Of a stretch of DNA of 64,000 nucleotides, positions 27,682 through 36,768 are shown in pieces. Made by a program: the position numbers and the translations under genes. The DNA is from a virus, in IMG/VR virus record IMGVR_UViG_3300007513_002727, positions 28,943 through 92,942 of that record, one strand, 5' to 3'. Each line of letters starts with the position of its first letter. The first letter of the stretch is position 1. A model generated the notes under the pieces. It did not search any database. It saw nothing but the letters and a program-made list of their open reading frames with translations, and was not told the DNA's origin.

Positions 27682-27830
27682 ATTCATTAGCAAAACTTTT
27701 TGAACCCAGCAAAGACCGTTTAATTGGTAATGCTAAACGTATGATGGACAATGCTAAAAATCCTTGGTTTGAACAATATTGGACAAAAGTTTATGTTCAT
27801 CTTTGTAAACAATACAAAAAACTCAACTAA
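27678..27830 (+). CDS. Small hypothetical protein (50 aa; not in ORF track)
   Basis: ATGA coupling; MNSLAKLFEPSKDRLIGNAKRMMDNAKNPWFEQYWTKVYVHLCKQYKKLN*. Confidence 0.6.
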   Translation: MNSLAKLFEPSKDRLIGNAKRMMDNAKNPWFEQYWTKVYVHLCKQYKKLN

Positions 27831-27837
27831 ATACCTT

Positions 27838-28005
27838 TGTAACGCCACTGTTCTAGTGACGTCGGCAAACAAATGACCCGTTTGTACCGAAAGGGAAGAC
27901 CATAGAAAAGGGCCGGGCCGTACGCGAATATCTCGCCAACAATCAAATATAGTGTAGTATGGAGAACAATATTATTGACTCCTATTGCTGATCTATGCTA
28001 CACTA
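27838..28005 (+). ncRNA. Candidate structured RNA or leader upstream of the dioxygenase cluster
   Basis: GC-rich non-coding stretch after TAAATA (27828-27833). Hairpins CACTG/TAGTG, GCAAAC/GTTTGT, CC-GAAA-GG flanked by GUA/GAA, GCGA/TCGC, and the 11-bp TAGTGTAGTAT/ATGCTACACTA stem. Confidence 0.5.
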
Positions 28006-28021
28006 AAAATGGAGATATACA

Positions 28022-28834
28022 ATGGAAGTCAAAAGAAAATTAAAACCAAGCGAAATAAATGCCAACTATAGTGCATTACCAAAAGATATTAATTCATACA
28101 TCGATGAGAGTGTGATGGCCAAACAGCCAGAGATAGATCTTTGGGAGTTCATGCAGACACGCCCAGATCAACTGTATGAAGAATGGGCATACGAAGTAGG
28201 ATCTGACACAACGACAAAATATGAGGCAAAAGCATTTACAAATCTAAACCTTAACGAAGATGATTTTTTTCAATTCATGAAAGAAAATAAACACACTTGT
28301 CAAAAAAAATACTACGAACGGAGACCATATCACAATGGTAGAAGTGAACTAACTGAAAACTTTCCAATGAAATGTGGATACAATGCTAGAAACACAGTTG
28401 AATATAATTGGGGACTTTATGGCAATAGCAATGAACAAGTAAAAGAGTTACTAGGTAGTCGTAAAGTATGGGAAGATAAAATTGGAATAGATTACGACAC
28501 TGCATTAATAAGATTATTAGCATATATGCCAGGAATGATTCTGCCATGGCACGTTGATAACTTAGGCAACTGGTGTAGAAACTATAAACATTTGAATCCA
28601 AATATTGATACTAGAATGTGTGACTTGGGTCCTATCAAAAGATATCTTGTAATGATTACTGATTGGCATTGGGGACACGTAATACAATTTGAAAATAGTT
28701 ACTTTCCTAATTACAAAAGCGGTGATGTATTTGATTTACCTATACCACGTCCACACTGCTCTGCTAATATGGGTATGAGAATAAAACTAACTTGTAGTAT
28801 AAGTGGTGCTCAAACAAAAGATTATACAAAATGA
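28022..28834 (+). CDS. Cupin/AspH-like Fe(II) dioxygenase, paralog 1
   Basis: YMPGMILPWHVD...TDWHWGH...GD...PHCSANMG (HxD...H triad). Confidence 0.75.
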   Translation: MEVKRKLKPSEINANYSALPKDINSYIDESVMAKQPEIDLWEFMQTRPDQLYEEWAYEVGSDTTTKYEAKAFTNLNLNEDDFFQFMKENKHTCQKKYYERRPYHNGRSELTENFPMKCGYNARNTVEYNWGLYGNSNEQVKELLGSRKVWEDKIGIDYDTALIRLLAYMPGMILPWHVDNLGNWCRNYKHLNPNIDTRMCDLGPIKRYLVMITDWHWGHVIQFENSYFPNYKSGDVFDLPIPRPHCSANMGMRIKLTCSISGAQTKDYTK

Positions 28835-29553
28835 AACTAAAACATCCTATTTCAGAAACTAGGATTGACCCAAAAGTTGCTGTTCCAAAAGAAATATTAG
28901 AGCAGTATCCTTGGCATTGGGATCCAATCACAACTGATCATACAGATAACACACACTTTATGAAAAACATAGAGTTTGATTGGAAGGGTTTAGGGGATTG
29001 GGCAATAAAAAAATGCAATGAACATTTAACTCCTCAAAAATATTGGAGGTTTGATTACGAACAAGATGCAATATATCATGCAAAAGAAAACGTAAACAAT
29101 ATGCCAATTAAAGAACAAGCATTTCTTGCCTTTAAAAATAACACACACTGTGAAGAAAATAGTCAATATTTTAAAATTGCAAATGAAGAGTTTGAACATT
29201 GGCAAGAACCACTTATGGATATGTTTCCAGAACTAAAAAAAACTAAAATGGGTGTGAGTTTATTTGTTCAACCACCCGGTCACACTATGTTCACCCATGT
29301 AGACACCTACAGTAGTTTTATAAGACGTACAGGAGATACAAAAGCAGACTACACTATTTTAAGAAGATATATGGCTTTTGTTCGAGACTGGGATTTTGGG
29401 CATTTCTTTCATTATGGAAATCATTGTTTCAGTCAATGGAGAGCAGGAGACTGTTATGATCTAGTGCCTGGAGTATATCACGGTAGTGCTAATGCAGGAT
29501 TAAATCCTAAAATTACAATTCATTGGAGTGGTGAATTAAAAGATAATGGATAA
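28831..29553 (+). CDS. Cupin/AspH-like Fe(II) dioxygenase, paralog 2
   Basis: QPPGHTMFTHVD...RDWDFGH...WRAGD...HGSANAG. Confidence 0.75.
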   Translation: MKLKHPISETRIDPKVAVPKEILEQYPWHWDPITTDHTDNTHFMKNIEFDWKGLGDWAIKKCNEHLTPQKYWRFDYEQDAIYHAKENVNNMPIKEQAFLAFKNNTHCEENSQYFKIANEEFEHWQEPLMDMFPELKKTKMGVSLFVQPPGHTMFTHVDTYSSFIRRTGDTKADYTILRRYMAFVRDWDFGHFFHYGNHCFSQWRAGDCYDLVPGVYHGSANAGLNPKITIHWSGELKDNG

Positions 29554-30160
29554 TCAATATTTTAAAAAATTTCTTGCAGATAGAAATATTAATTTAAATG
29601 AACATATACAAATAGAAAAACTATGTTCTTTAGACATTGATCCAAAAGCATTTGAGAATTTTGCAAACAAACATAGAGATGAAGCCACTGTCAAATGGTA
29701 TCATCCAAGACCTTTCTTAAATGCAGAAACAAATGAACAGGCCATTAACGCAAACTGGATTGGTTATAATGAACACAACACTACTGAAACAAATTGGGGA
29801 CTAGATCCTAAACACAACAAAACTTTAAAAGAAATAATTGGTAAAGAAAACTTTAATAGATTAGGAATAGATCCTAATGAAACTTTATTAAGACTGTTAG
29901 AATATATGCCTGGACACTGTTTACCATTACACTATGACGGCTTTGAAGGATTTAAAAGATTATATGGCAAAGAAAACAGCACAAGATTTTTTGTTGCAAT
30001 AAGTGATTGGGATTGGGGTCATGCATTACAAGTTCATGATAATATTATTTCTAATTGGCAACCAGGCGACACTTATATTATTCCGGCAGGTGTATGCCAT
30101 GCCAGTGCAAATTTTGGCATTTCACCCAAGTACACATTGACTGTTACAGGAGTCAGATAA
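29546..30160 (+). CDS. Cupin/AspH-like Fe(II) dioxygenase, paralog 3
   Basis: YMPGHCLPLHYD...SDWDWGH...WQPGD...HASANFG. Confidence 0.75.
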   Translation: MDNQYFKKFLADRNINLNEHIQIEKLCSLDIDPKAFENFANKHRDEATVKWYHPRPFLNAETNEQAINANWIGYNEHNTTETNWGLDPKHNKTLKEIIGKENFNRLGIDPNETLLRLLEYMPGHCLPLHYDGFEGFKRLYGKENSTRFFVAISDWDWGHALQVHDNIISNWQPGDTYIIPAGVCHASANFGISPKYTLTVTGVR

Positions 30161-31209
30161 TGATTTCAAACGTAGCAGGTGATAGATTATACAATCAAAT
30201 TCACGAAAGACTTAATGATGCATATCACAAAATTCACACTTCTGGAAACTGGATTGATGGAGAATACTGTCAAAGTGCAGAACAAAAACTGAAACAAATT
30301 ACAGGAAGAAAACACGCAAGACTAATGACTTCAGCAACAAGTTCATTAATGGTTGCTTTGATATCTTGGAACATAAGAAATAAAAATGTTGCCTGTGTAA
30401 ATTACAGTTATGTTGCGAGTGCAAATCAAGCCGCTCTCTTAAACAATATAGATTTATTTGACGTTGATGAAAAAGGATTAATGCAATTAGATGAAATATT
30501 TGAACATGATCTTGTAATACCTGTTTCATTGTACGGCAATACTATTAATTACGATAATTTGAAAGTGGGTAAAGATACAAAAGTTATTGTTGATTGTGCT
30601 CAAAGTTTAGGAGCAAAGTATAAAAACAAACCTGATGGTAGTTTTGGTGATGCGGCAGTATTCAGTTTTGCAAGAAACAAACCTATAGCAACAGCAGGTA
30701 CTCATGGTGCTTTGGTTTGGGATGACGACTCCTTAACAACAATTATTCATGCAGTTTCTAACAATGGCAAATTAGGTAGAGATTCCAAGATACAAGCGTA
30801 CGGAATAAACGCTGTTCCTATGGAACTACAAGCGGCACAAATTGATATAGGATTAGATCATATGGGTGAATGGCAAGTAAAAAGAAAATCAATACATCAA
30901 TATTATGTAGAACAATTTAAAAATTTACCCTTAGAAATTATACACGCAAATGACTATTGTGAATCTAATTATCACAAGTTTGCTTTAAAAACAAATCAAA
31001 GAAACGATTTGTACAAACATTGTCAAAAAAATAACATACAGGCTTTATTACATTATACAGATAATTTTAGTGATTATTTTGGTTCTACTAAAGTGTTTCC
31101 AAACACTGATGCATTTTGTAAAACTGTAATTACATTACCAAATCATAGTTGGATGACTGATGCAGAAATAGAAACAGTTGCCAATACAGTGAAAGAATTT
31201 TATATATGA
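30160..31209 (+). CDS. DegT/DnrJ/EryC1/StrS PLP-dependent sugar aminotransferase
   Basis: SATSSL, VDCAQSLG, FSFARNKP (PLP-binding Lys) and ITLPNH. Start moved to ATG 30160. Confidence 0.9.
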   Translation: MISNVAGDRLYNQIHERLNDAYHKIHTSGNWIDGEYCQSAEQKLKQITGRKHARLMTSATSSLMVALISWNIRNKNVACVNYSYVASANQAALLNNIDLFDVDEKGLMQLDEIFEHDLVIPVSLYGNTINYDNLKVGKDTKVIVDCAQSLGAKYKNKPDGSFGDAAVFSFARNKPIATAGTHGALVWDDDSLTTIIHAVSNNGKLGRDSKIQAYGINAVPMELQAAQIDIGLDHMGEWQVKRKSIHQYYVEQFKNLPLEIIHANDYCESNYHKFALKTNQRNDLYKHCQKNNIQALLHYTDNFSDYFGSTKVFPNTDAFCKTVITLPNHSWMTDAEIETVANTVKEFYI

Positions 31210-31742
31210 AAAATATTGCAGTAATAGGACATGATGGCAAACTTGGATCTGAGTTAATGAAACAACCAAATACGATTGCTGTTCCATGGATGTTTGAAAA
31301 CGATCACCAAGTTATTGCAAAATGGTTTGATGATAATCCTGCTGTTGATACTGTTTGGCACGTTGCAAGAACTTGTAGAAAACAAGGCACAAGACGTGAC
31401 CATGAAACTTTTCTAACAGAACAAAAAGGTATGCTAGACTTAATGCAAACAAGAGCAAAACATTGTAGGTTTGTTTATGCATCAAGTAAGATAGTGTATG
31501 GACTAGGAGGTGTCAGCGACAACAAAGACGAAGTATTGCCAGTGCAAAAAGTGGCAGAACATTTTTATGATGGCAAAGTTGGCATTCATAACTGTCCTGA
31601 ATGGCAAACCACAAGGCAATTAAACATAAATGAACTGGACACCAAAAGAACCATTTACGCCTGTACAAAATTATCAAATGAACAGATAATACAAAAACAT
31701 TGTTCAAACTTTAAAATTATTAGAATATGGGATATAGCATAG
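31206..31742 (+). CDS. Short NAD-dependent epimerase/dehydratase (SDR)-like protein
   Basis: GHDGKLG, YASS and YACTK (YxxxK); lacks the C-terminal substrate domain. Confidence 0.7.
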   Translation: MKNIAVIGHDGKLGSELMKQPNTIAVPWMFENDHQVIAKWFDDNPAVDTVWHVARTCRKQGTRRDHETFLTEQKGMLDLMQTRAKHCRFVYASSKIVYGLGGVSDNKDEVLPVQKVAEHFYDGKVGIHNCPEWQTTRQLNINELDTKRTIYACTKLSNEQIIQKHCSNFKIIRIWDIA

Positions 31743-32443
31743 ATTACAAAAAACTTTACGAGCAAGTAGAAACTGTAAATGATTGGTTAGACCTTTTAAA
31801 AAATCCTAATTTTAATTGGACTGAGTGTATGTTAAGTTTGTCTAATTATAAACCAGGTGATTACAGTTTTGAAAAAATAGGCACCATAAATGGCACATGG
31901 AACTTTCAATCAGACAATTTAAAATTAAAAGCATCTGAAAGTTTAGATAATAATGAGTATGCAGACAAATCTGAAATAGATTTTAAAAAACAATATAATT
32001 TTCATCACGGGTATAAAGAATATGAATCAAATGAATTAGCCAACTCTATTGCTAAAGCACTAGGATTTACAGATTATAAAGCGGCTATTAATATTCAAGA
32101 ACCTGGTAGTATAAAAAATCTTCATGCAGATTCTTTAAATGGATGGTTCAAAGATGTTGAAAAGTATCAGCACGTTGCATTAGATAAAAATCTTAAACAA
32201 CCTAAAGGCACACAAAATTTACACCGTGTGTTTGTTGCATTAACTGATTGGAAACCAGGCTGGATGTGGCAGTTTGGAGTAGACCATTGGACTAATTGGA
32301 AAAGGGGCGACGTGGTTAATTTTGATTGGAGAAATGTACCACACTGTACAGCAAATGCAGGCTATTCACCACGTCCTATATTAAAGATTACAGGAATAAG
32401 CGAATTTATTAAAAAAAATAAACACTTTAATATTGTTATATAA
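31727..32443 (+). CDS. Cupin/AspH-like Fe(II) dioxygenase, paralog 4
   Basis: QEPGSIKNLHAD...TDWKPG...WKRGD...PHCTANAG. Confidence 0.75.
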   Translation: MGYSIDYKKLYEQVETVNDWLDLLKNPNFNWTECMLSLSNYKPGDYSFEKIGTINGTWNFQSDNLKLKASESLDNNEYADKSEIDFKKQYNFHHGYKEYESNELANSIAKALGFTDYKAAINIQEPGSIKNLHADSLNGWFKDVEKYQHVALDKNLKQPKGTQNLHRVFVALTDWKPGWMWQFGVDHWTNWKRGDVVNFDWRNVPHCTANAGYSPRPILKITGISEFIKKNKHFNIVI

Positions 32444-32446
32444 ATA
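32439..32446 (+). promoter_or_regulatory. T4-type late promoter TATAAATA
   Basis: Exact consensus upstream of the SD-led gene at 32480. Confidence 0.7.
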
Positions 32447-32479
32447 CTACGGAGTCAAAAAACCTATAGGAGACAAACT

Positions 32480-33229
32480 ATGTATAAGTTCGAAACTAAA
32501 ACAAACAAAGAAGGCGTTATAGAGGACGTGATCAATCACCAACCAGAAGGATACAATCCTACAACTGGTATCTATGCTTCTTCTTACATTTTCCAAGGTG
32601 ACTGGGAAGATGAACTTAAGGCTCTAAACTTCACAAAGAGAGGTCTAGGTTTTAAAGAAGTTGAGAAAGTTGATGCTATGAAAGGCCAAGACACTCAATA
32701 CCTTTACAACTCTTTTAGAAGTGCTGATGGTAAGGACACAACTCACGATCAGTTACAAGACTTCTGGAAAGAAGAAAATCCAGCAGATTACAAAGATACT
32801 AATTCAAAACTTTCTTCACCAAAACTAGGCGCAATTTGCGATTGGTTTCAATGTGAAAAAACTAGAATTAGAATCTTCCAACAACAACCAGGTGCTTATA
32901 TGCAAATGCACACAGATTTTGATAACCAAAGAGGTACAACTCTAGGTGAAACTTTAAGAATATTTGTGCAATTGACAGATCAACCAGGTGGTGCTTGGTA
33001 TAGACTTAAGACTACGGATTCAGAAGTAAGCATAAATCTACAAAAAGGTCAATTTTTGATTTTCAATCCAGATCATACTGGACACCAAACTCAAAACCTA
33101 ACTGACATTCCAAGAAATGCTTTCATGTTAGTTGTTAAAAGAAATGAATGGTTAGATTCTTTAACTAAGAACGAGACTATGACTTTTATCAATGTAAATG
33201 AACTTGCAGAGCAAAAAAAAGCAGTTTAA
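32480..33229 (+). CDS. Cupin/AspH-like Fe(II) dioxygenase, paralog 5 (own late promoter)
   Basis: QQPGAYMQMHTD...TDQPGG...GHQTQN; SD AGGAG. Confidence 0.7.
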   Translation: MYKFETKTNKEGVIEDVINHQPEGYNPTTGIYASSYIFQGDWEDELKALNFTKRGLGFKEVEKVDAMKGQDTQYLYNSFRSADGKDTTHDQLQDFWKEENPADYKDTNSKLSSPKLGAICDWFQCEKTRIRIFQQQPGAYMQMHTDFDNQRGTTLGETLRIFVQLTDQPGGAWYRLKTTDSEVSINLQKGQFLIFNPDHTGHQTQNLTDIPRNAFMLVVKRNEWLDSLTKNETMTFINVNELAEQKKAV

Positions 33230-33253
33230 ACTAGTTTAAACTACTTTACTAAA

Positions 33254-33283
33254 TCGTAGCGGTGTGTTATAATACCGCTACGA
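33254..33283 (+). terminator. Strong hairpin (terminator or promoter-containing)
   Basis: TCGTAGCGGTGT-GTTATA-ATACCGCTACGA. Confidence 0.6.
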
Positions 33284-33288
33284 AACTT

Positions 33289-34035
33289 ATGATTGACTCT
33301 TACACTCAACAACAATGGGATAGTATTATAACTGTCAAAGATCTATTTAGGTTTTTAGAAGATCCTAAATGTGATGTAATGCAATTATCTGACCATCTTG
33401 TTGATATTAACAAAAGTTGTTTTTGGAAAGCGGCCAACATTAATTTTAACTTTAATGTAGATGAAATTCTAAATGCCAAACCAATTATTAAACATAATGA
33501 ATTATCAACACATACCATGGATGCTAATGAATATAAACGACATCAACAATACGGTTATGGAAATGGATATGATAAAATTTTGCCAAATAAAGATACTCAT
33601 GAAATTGCAAAAATACTAGGATTTGAAGACCCATACACCATAACTGTAAACAATCAACCGCCTGGTGCATTAATGGGAAGACACGTTGACTTCTGTTCTA
33701 GTTTTCTTTATGAATATAAAGATATTGCTCCAAATATTATTAATTTAGAATATGATAAAGCATTAGGCAAACCAAAAAATTTTAAAAACATTATCAGATG
33801 TTTTGTAGCACTAGCAGACTGGCAACCTGGCCAAGTAGTAAATTTTGAACCAAACTTTTGGACACAATGGAAAAAGGGCGATGTTGTATTTTTTGATTGG
33901 CAGAATACTCCACACGCAACAATTAATGCTGGATTTCATCAAAGACCATTTATAAAAATTACAGGCACTTTAAAAGATGATACATGGGTAATGAACGCAA
34001 AAGATACTAATGAAATTAAACAGTTTTCAATATAA
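33289..34035 (+). CDS. Cupin/AspH-like Fe(II) dioxygenase, paralog 6
   Basis: QPPGALMGRHVD...ADWQPG...WKKGD...PHATINAG. Start moved to ATG 33289. Confidence 0.75.
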   Translation: MIDSYTQQQWDSIITVKDLFRFLEDPKCDVMQLSDHLVDINKSCFWKAANINFNFNVDEILNAKPIIKHNELSTHTMDANEYKRHQQYGYGNGYDKILPNKDTHEIAKILGFEDPYTITVNNQPPGALMGRHVDFCSSFLYEYKDIAPNIINLEYDKALGKPKNFKNIIRCFVALADWQPGQVVNFEPNFWTQWKKGDVVFFDWQNTPHATINAGFHQRPFIKITGTLKDDTWVMNAKDTNEIKQFSI

Positions 34036-35095
34036 AGTAGGAGAACACATTACCTGTAACAAAATTAATGCTATACTTAAAAATGAAGAAACAAAACAAG
34101 GCATTAGTTTTATTACACCTTTTGAAGATTTTGATTTTTCGCAAGAACCTACCGAATCATTTAATGAATTATTAAAACAACAATTCAATAAACTTAGACA
34201 AAACAATAATTACATAAAATTTTATTACTCAGGTGGCATAGACAGTCATATCTTATTGGATTTTTGTTTTAAAAATAATATTATGCTGGATGAGATTATA
34301 TGTCTTAAGAGTGGCTTACCAGATGCAGACTACGAAATTGATCAATACGCAATACCGTTTTTGAAAAAACATCAAAATTCAATTAAAAGTAAAATTACAA
34401 TTAAAGAACTTACAATTGAAAATTATTTAGAACACTACAAAAAAACTTTACAAAACCATCTTAATTCTAACTACAGTGCTTTTCATAACTACATCCGCTG
34501 TTTTTGGCCTTATGATTTTTATGGACAACAACATGATCCAGCAATACTTCATATTAGAGCCATGGATAAACCTACGATGGTTTACGAAAACAATAATTGG
34601 TATGTGTATTTTCTAGACGGCAATCTTGAACCACACGAGAATAATTTTCAGTTTTATAGCAACAGTCCAAACATTATTGCCAAACAATGTCATACTTTCA
34701 TAAATCAAAGTAATACCAATCTAACTTATAACCAACTATGTAAAACAATGGGTGTCAAACTAGGAGATTATAATCAACCTGTTAAACAATTATTCTTTGG
34801 AGCCACTGACAACATTATAACTTATAAAGGACGCAATATTAGATATCACCACCCAAAAGAAAAAAAAGCAATACTCTTTTGTATTGAAAATTATCCAGAC
34901 ATGGTTGATATGTGGATAACTTATTTGGATCAACTTAAAAATTATATTCCTTCTTATTGGTGGGAGGCAGGTGCACCTGAAATGGGCACAGTAGGAGTAT
35001 TATCAAAATTCTTTTGTTTAACCAAAAAAGATATAAAAACTGTAAATGAATTGTATCCTGCAGGATTTAAACCTAGTAAAATAGTGACTTTTTAG
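34010..35095 (+). CDS. Adenine nucleotide alpha-hydrolase (PP-loop; asparagine synthase-like) protein
   Basis: KFYYSGGIDSH...LDEII. Confidence 0.7.
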   Translation: MKLNSFQYKVGEHITCNKINAILKNEETKQGISFITPFEDFDFSQEPTESFNELLKQQFNKLRQNNNYIKFYYSGGIDSHILLDFCFKNNIMLDEIICLKSGLPDADYEIDQYAIPFLKKHQNSIKSKITIKELTIENYLEHYKKTLQNHLNSNYSAFHNYIRCFWPYDFYGQQHDPAILHIRAMDKPTMVYENNNWYVYFLDGNLEPHENNFQFYSNSPNIIAKQCHTFINQSNTNLTYNQLCKTMGVKLGDYNQPVKQLFFGATDNIITYKGRNIRYHHPKEKKAILFCIENYPDMVDMWITYLDQLKNYIPSYWWEAGAPEMGTVGVLSKFFCLTKKDIKTVNELYPAGFKPSKIVTF

Positions 35096-35099
35096 CCGG

Positions 35100-35128
35100 T
35101 TGACGGAAATACCATTACCTGTTATAAT
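35100..35128 (+). promoter_or_regulatory. Sigma70-like early promoter
   Basis: TTGACG-17-TATAAT with an extended TG; TACCA in the spacer. Confidence 0.8.
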
Positions 35129-35150
35129 AACGGTATAAAGGAGAACAATT

Positions 35151-35510
35151 ATGTATAAATGTTCAGCAAAAGCACAATTAGTTTTGGATCAAGTTAGACA
35201 CAGATGTCAAGCAGATTCACAAACTAATAACAGATGGACTGGAAGATCTGGAAACTATATGTATATCATGGGCAGAGAGAATGCTGATGGTAAGGCAACA
35301 GGTGTTGTTCATAAGTTTCAAGAAGATGGATCACACAAGTTGGCAGGATCTTTTAAGATCTTATCAGATGGTCAAATCACAAGATTTACTGGAATGTCTT
35401 CAGCTGATTGGAGAAATTTTATGGGTACTGCTCAAAAAGAATATGAAGCAAAATATTCTAATGAGGCTAAACCTACAGAAACTCCGATCGACAGCAAAGT
35501 GGCTGTATAA
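35151..35510 (+). CDS. Hypothetical early protein
   Basis: SD AAGGAG; follows an early promoter. Confidence 0.7.
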   Translation: MYKCSAKAQLVLDQVRHRCQADSQTNNRWTGRSGNYMYIMGRENADGKATGVVHKFQEDGSHKLAGSFKILSDGQITRFTGMSSADWRNFMGTAQKEYEAKYSNEAKPTETPIDSKVAV

Positions 35511-35587
35511 ATTAGAACAGGTATTTGGATTCGCTTATGAACGCCAAATAGGCTTAAATTACTGCGGTCCAAATACCTTTTTAAATA

Positions 35588-35944
35588 ATGGGATTCTTAC
35601 AAATAAAATTACCTAAACGCATCAAGCACAAAATTAAAAATTCTAAAAGAAATAGAGAAGCACTAGCCAAATATAAAATTTGGTTGGAATCTCAAGGGTT
35701 AGACGATAAAACTCTTAAAAAAAGATTAAAGTCTTGGTCTGGATATCCTATTCCAGATTATTCTACAAACCCAAACTATCCAAAATGTTCAGATAAAGTT
35801 CCAGTAGGAACATCAAAGAAAAAAGAAGTACAACAATATTCAGGTGAAAGAAAACTGCTTGGTATAGCTACCATGCACAAATCAAATATGGTGCCAGTTT
35901 TTGATGAAGAAGATGCCAAAGATATCGCGAAGATGAGAAGATAA
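35588..35944 (+). CDS. Conserved T4-like phage basic protein
   Basis: C-terminal GIATMHKSNMVPVF...AKDIAKMRR motif. Confidence 0.7.
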   Translation: MGFLQIKLPKRIKHKIKNSKRNREALAKYKIWLESQGLDDKTLKKRLKSWSGYPIPDYSTNPNYPKCSDKVPVGTSKKKEVQQYSGERKLLGIATMHKSNMVPVFDEEDAKDIAKMRR

Positions 35945-36000
35945 AATCTCGTTAGTAAAAAACCTCAATAAAATCAACACTTCTAGCAAGACCAACTAGG

Positions 36001-36028
36001 TTGACGATTTACCATTATATGTTATAAT
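36001..36028 (+). promoter_or_regulatory. Sigma70-like early promoter
   Basis: TTGACG-16-TATAAT with an extended TG; TACCA in the spacer; ATG 6 nt downstream. Confidence 0.8.
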
Positions 36029-36034
36029 TGTACT

Positions 36035-36199
36035 ATGTTTAGATTAATAATATTAGTTGCAATATTTCTTGCTGTCTATCCAATGATTGGAAATGGTTAT
36101 GACCAATTCATGTCTGACTTCAGTTTTAATGAAGCAGGTGAAGTTGTATCCAATATATTCACTGGAATAGCAAATTTTATTGACAACTTTAAATCATAA
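36035..36199 (+). CDS. Small membrane protein (54 aa; not in ORF track)
   Basis: MFRLIILVAIFLAVYPMIG...FIDNFKS*. Confidence 0.6.
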   Translation: MFRLIILVAIFLAVYPMIGNGYDQFMSDFSFNEAGEVVSNIFTGIANFIDNFKS

Positions 36200-36207
36200 A
36201 GGAAAAA

Positions 36208-36762
36208 ATGAAACATCTAAGTAAAATATTCCTTGTATTATTTTTTGGTATATTATTAGCACAATGTTCGACGTATAAGATTAAATCTGATATGTCTAAG
36301 AACGGTGTTGTTAATAAAACGCCAGACTGGTATGTGGAATACAAACACGAAACTTGGACAAAGTATCAAGAGGCGGCAACTGCTGTATCTCCAGATATGG
36401 AATTAGCAGTTAAAAAAGCTATTTTACTTGCCAAGGCTAAACTTGTAGACAGAATTAATGGAGAAGTTAATAACAGAACTACTATTAATAAAAATGAAGC
36501 AGGTACAAACGAAAGTTTAACTGTGACAGCTGGTTCTCAAGATATCGTTGTTAATATAATCAGAGACACTCTTGCAAGAGGTTATGAAGTTACTAAACAA
36601 GAAATATTCGTAACTAGTCACAAATCTTATAGAGCATACATTATGATAGAGCTTTCTAAAAAAGAAGTAGAAGCTATTATAGATGATATCAATAAGAAAA
36701 AAGTTGCAATGATTGACGTGAATGGTATTAACGATGCGGCTAACGAAGTATTAGATAATTAG
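36208..36762 (+). CDS. LPP20-like lipoprotein
   Basis: Lipobox LAQC; TPDWY...AVSPDMELAVKKA. Confidence 0.7.
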   Translation: MKHLSKIFLVLFFGILLAQCSTYKIKSDMSKNGVVNKTPDWYVEYKHETWTKYQEAATAVSPDMELAVKKAILLAKAKLVDRINGEVNNRTTINKNEAGTNESLTVTAGSQDIVVNIIRDTLARGYEVTKQEIFVTSHKSYRAYIMIELSKKEVEAIIDDINKKKVAMIDVNGINDAANEVLDN

Positions 36763-36768
36763 GGCGAT

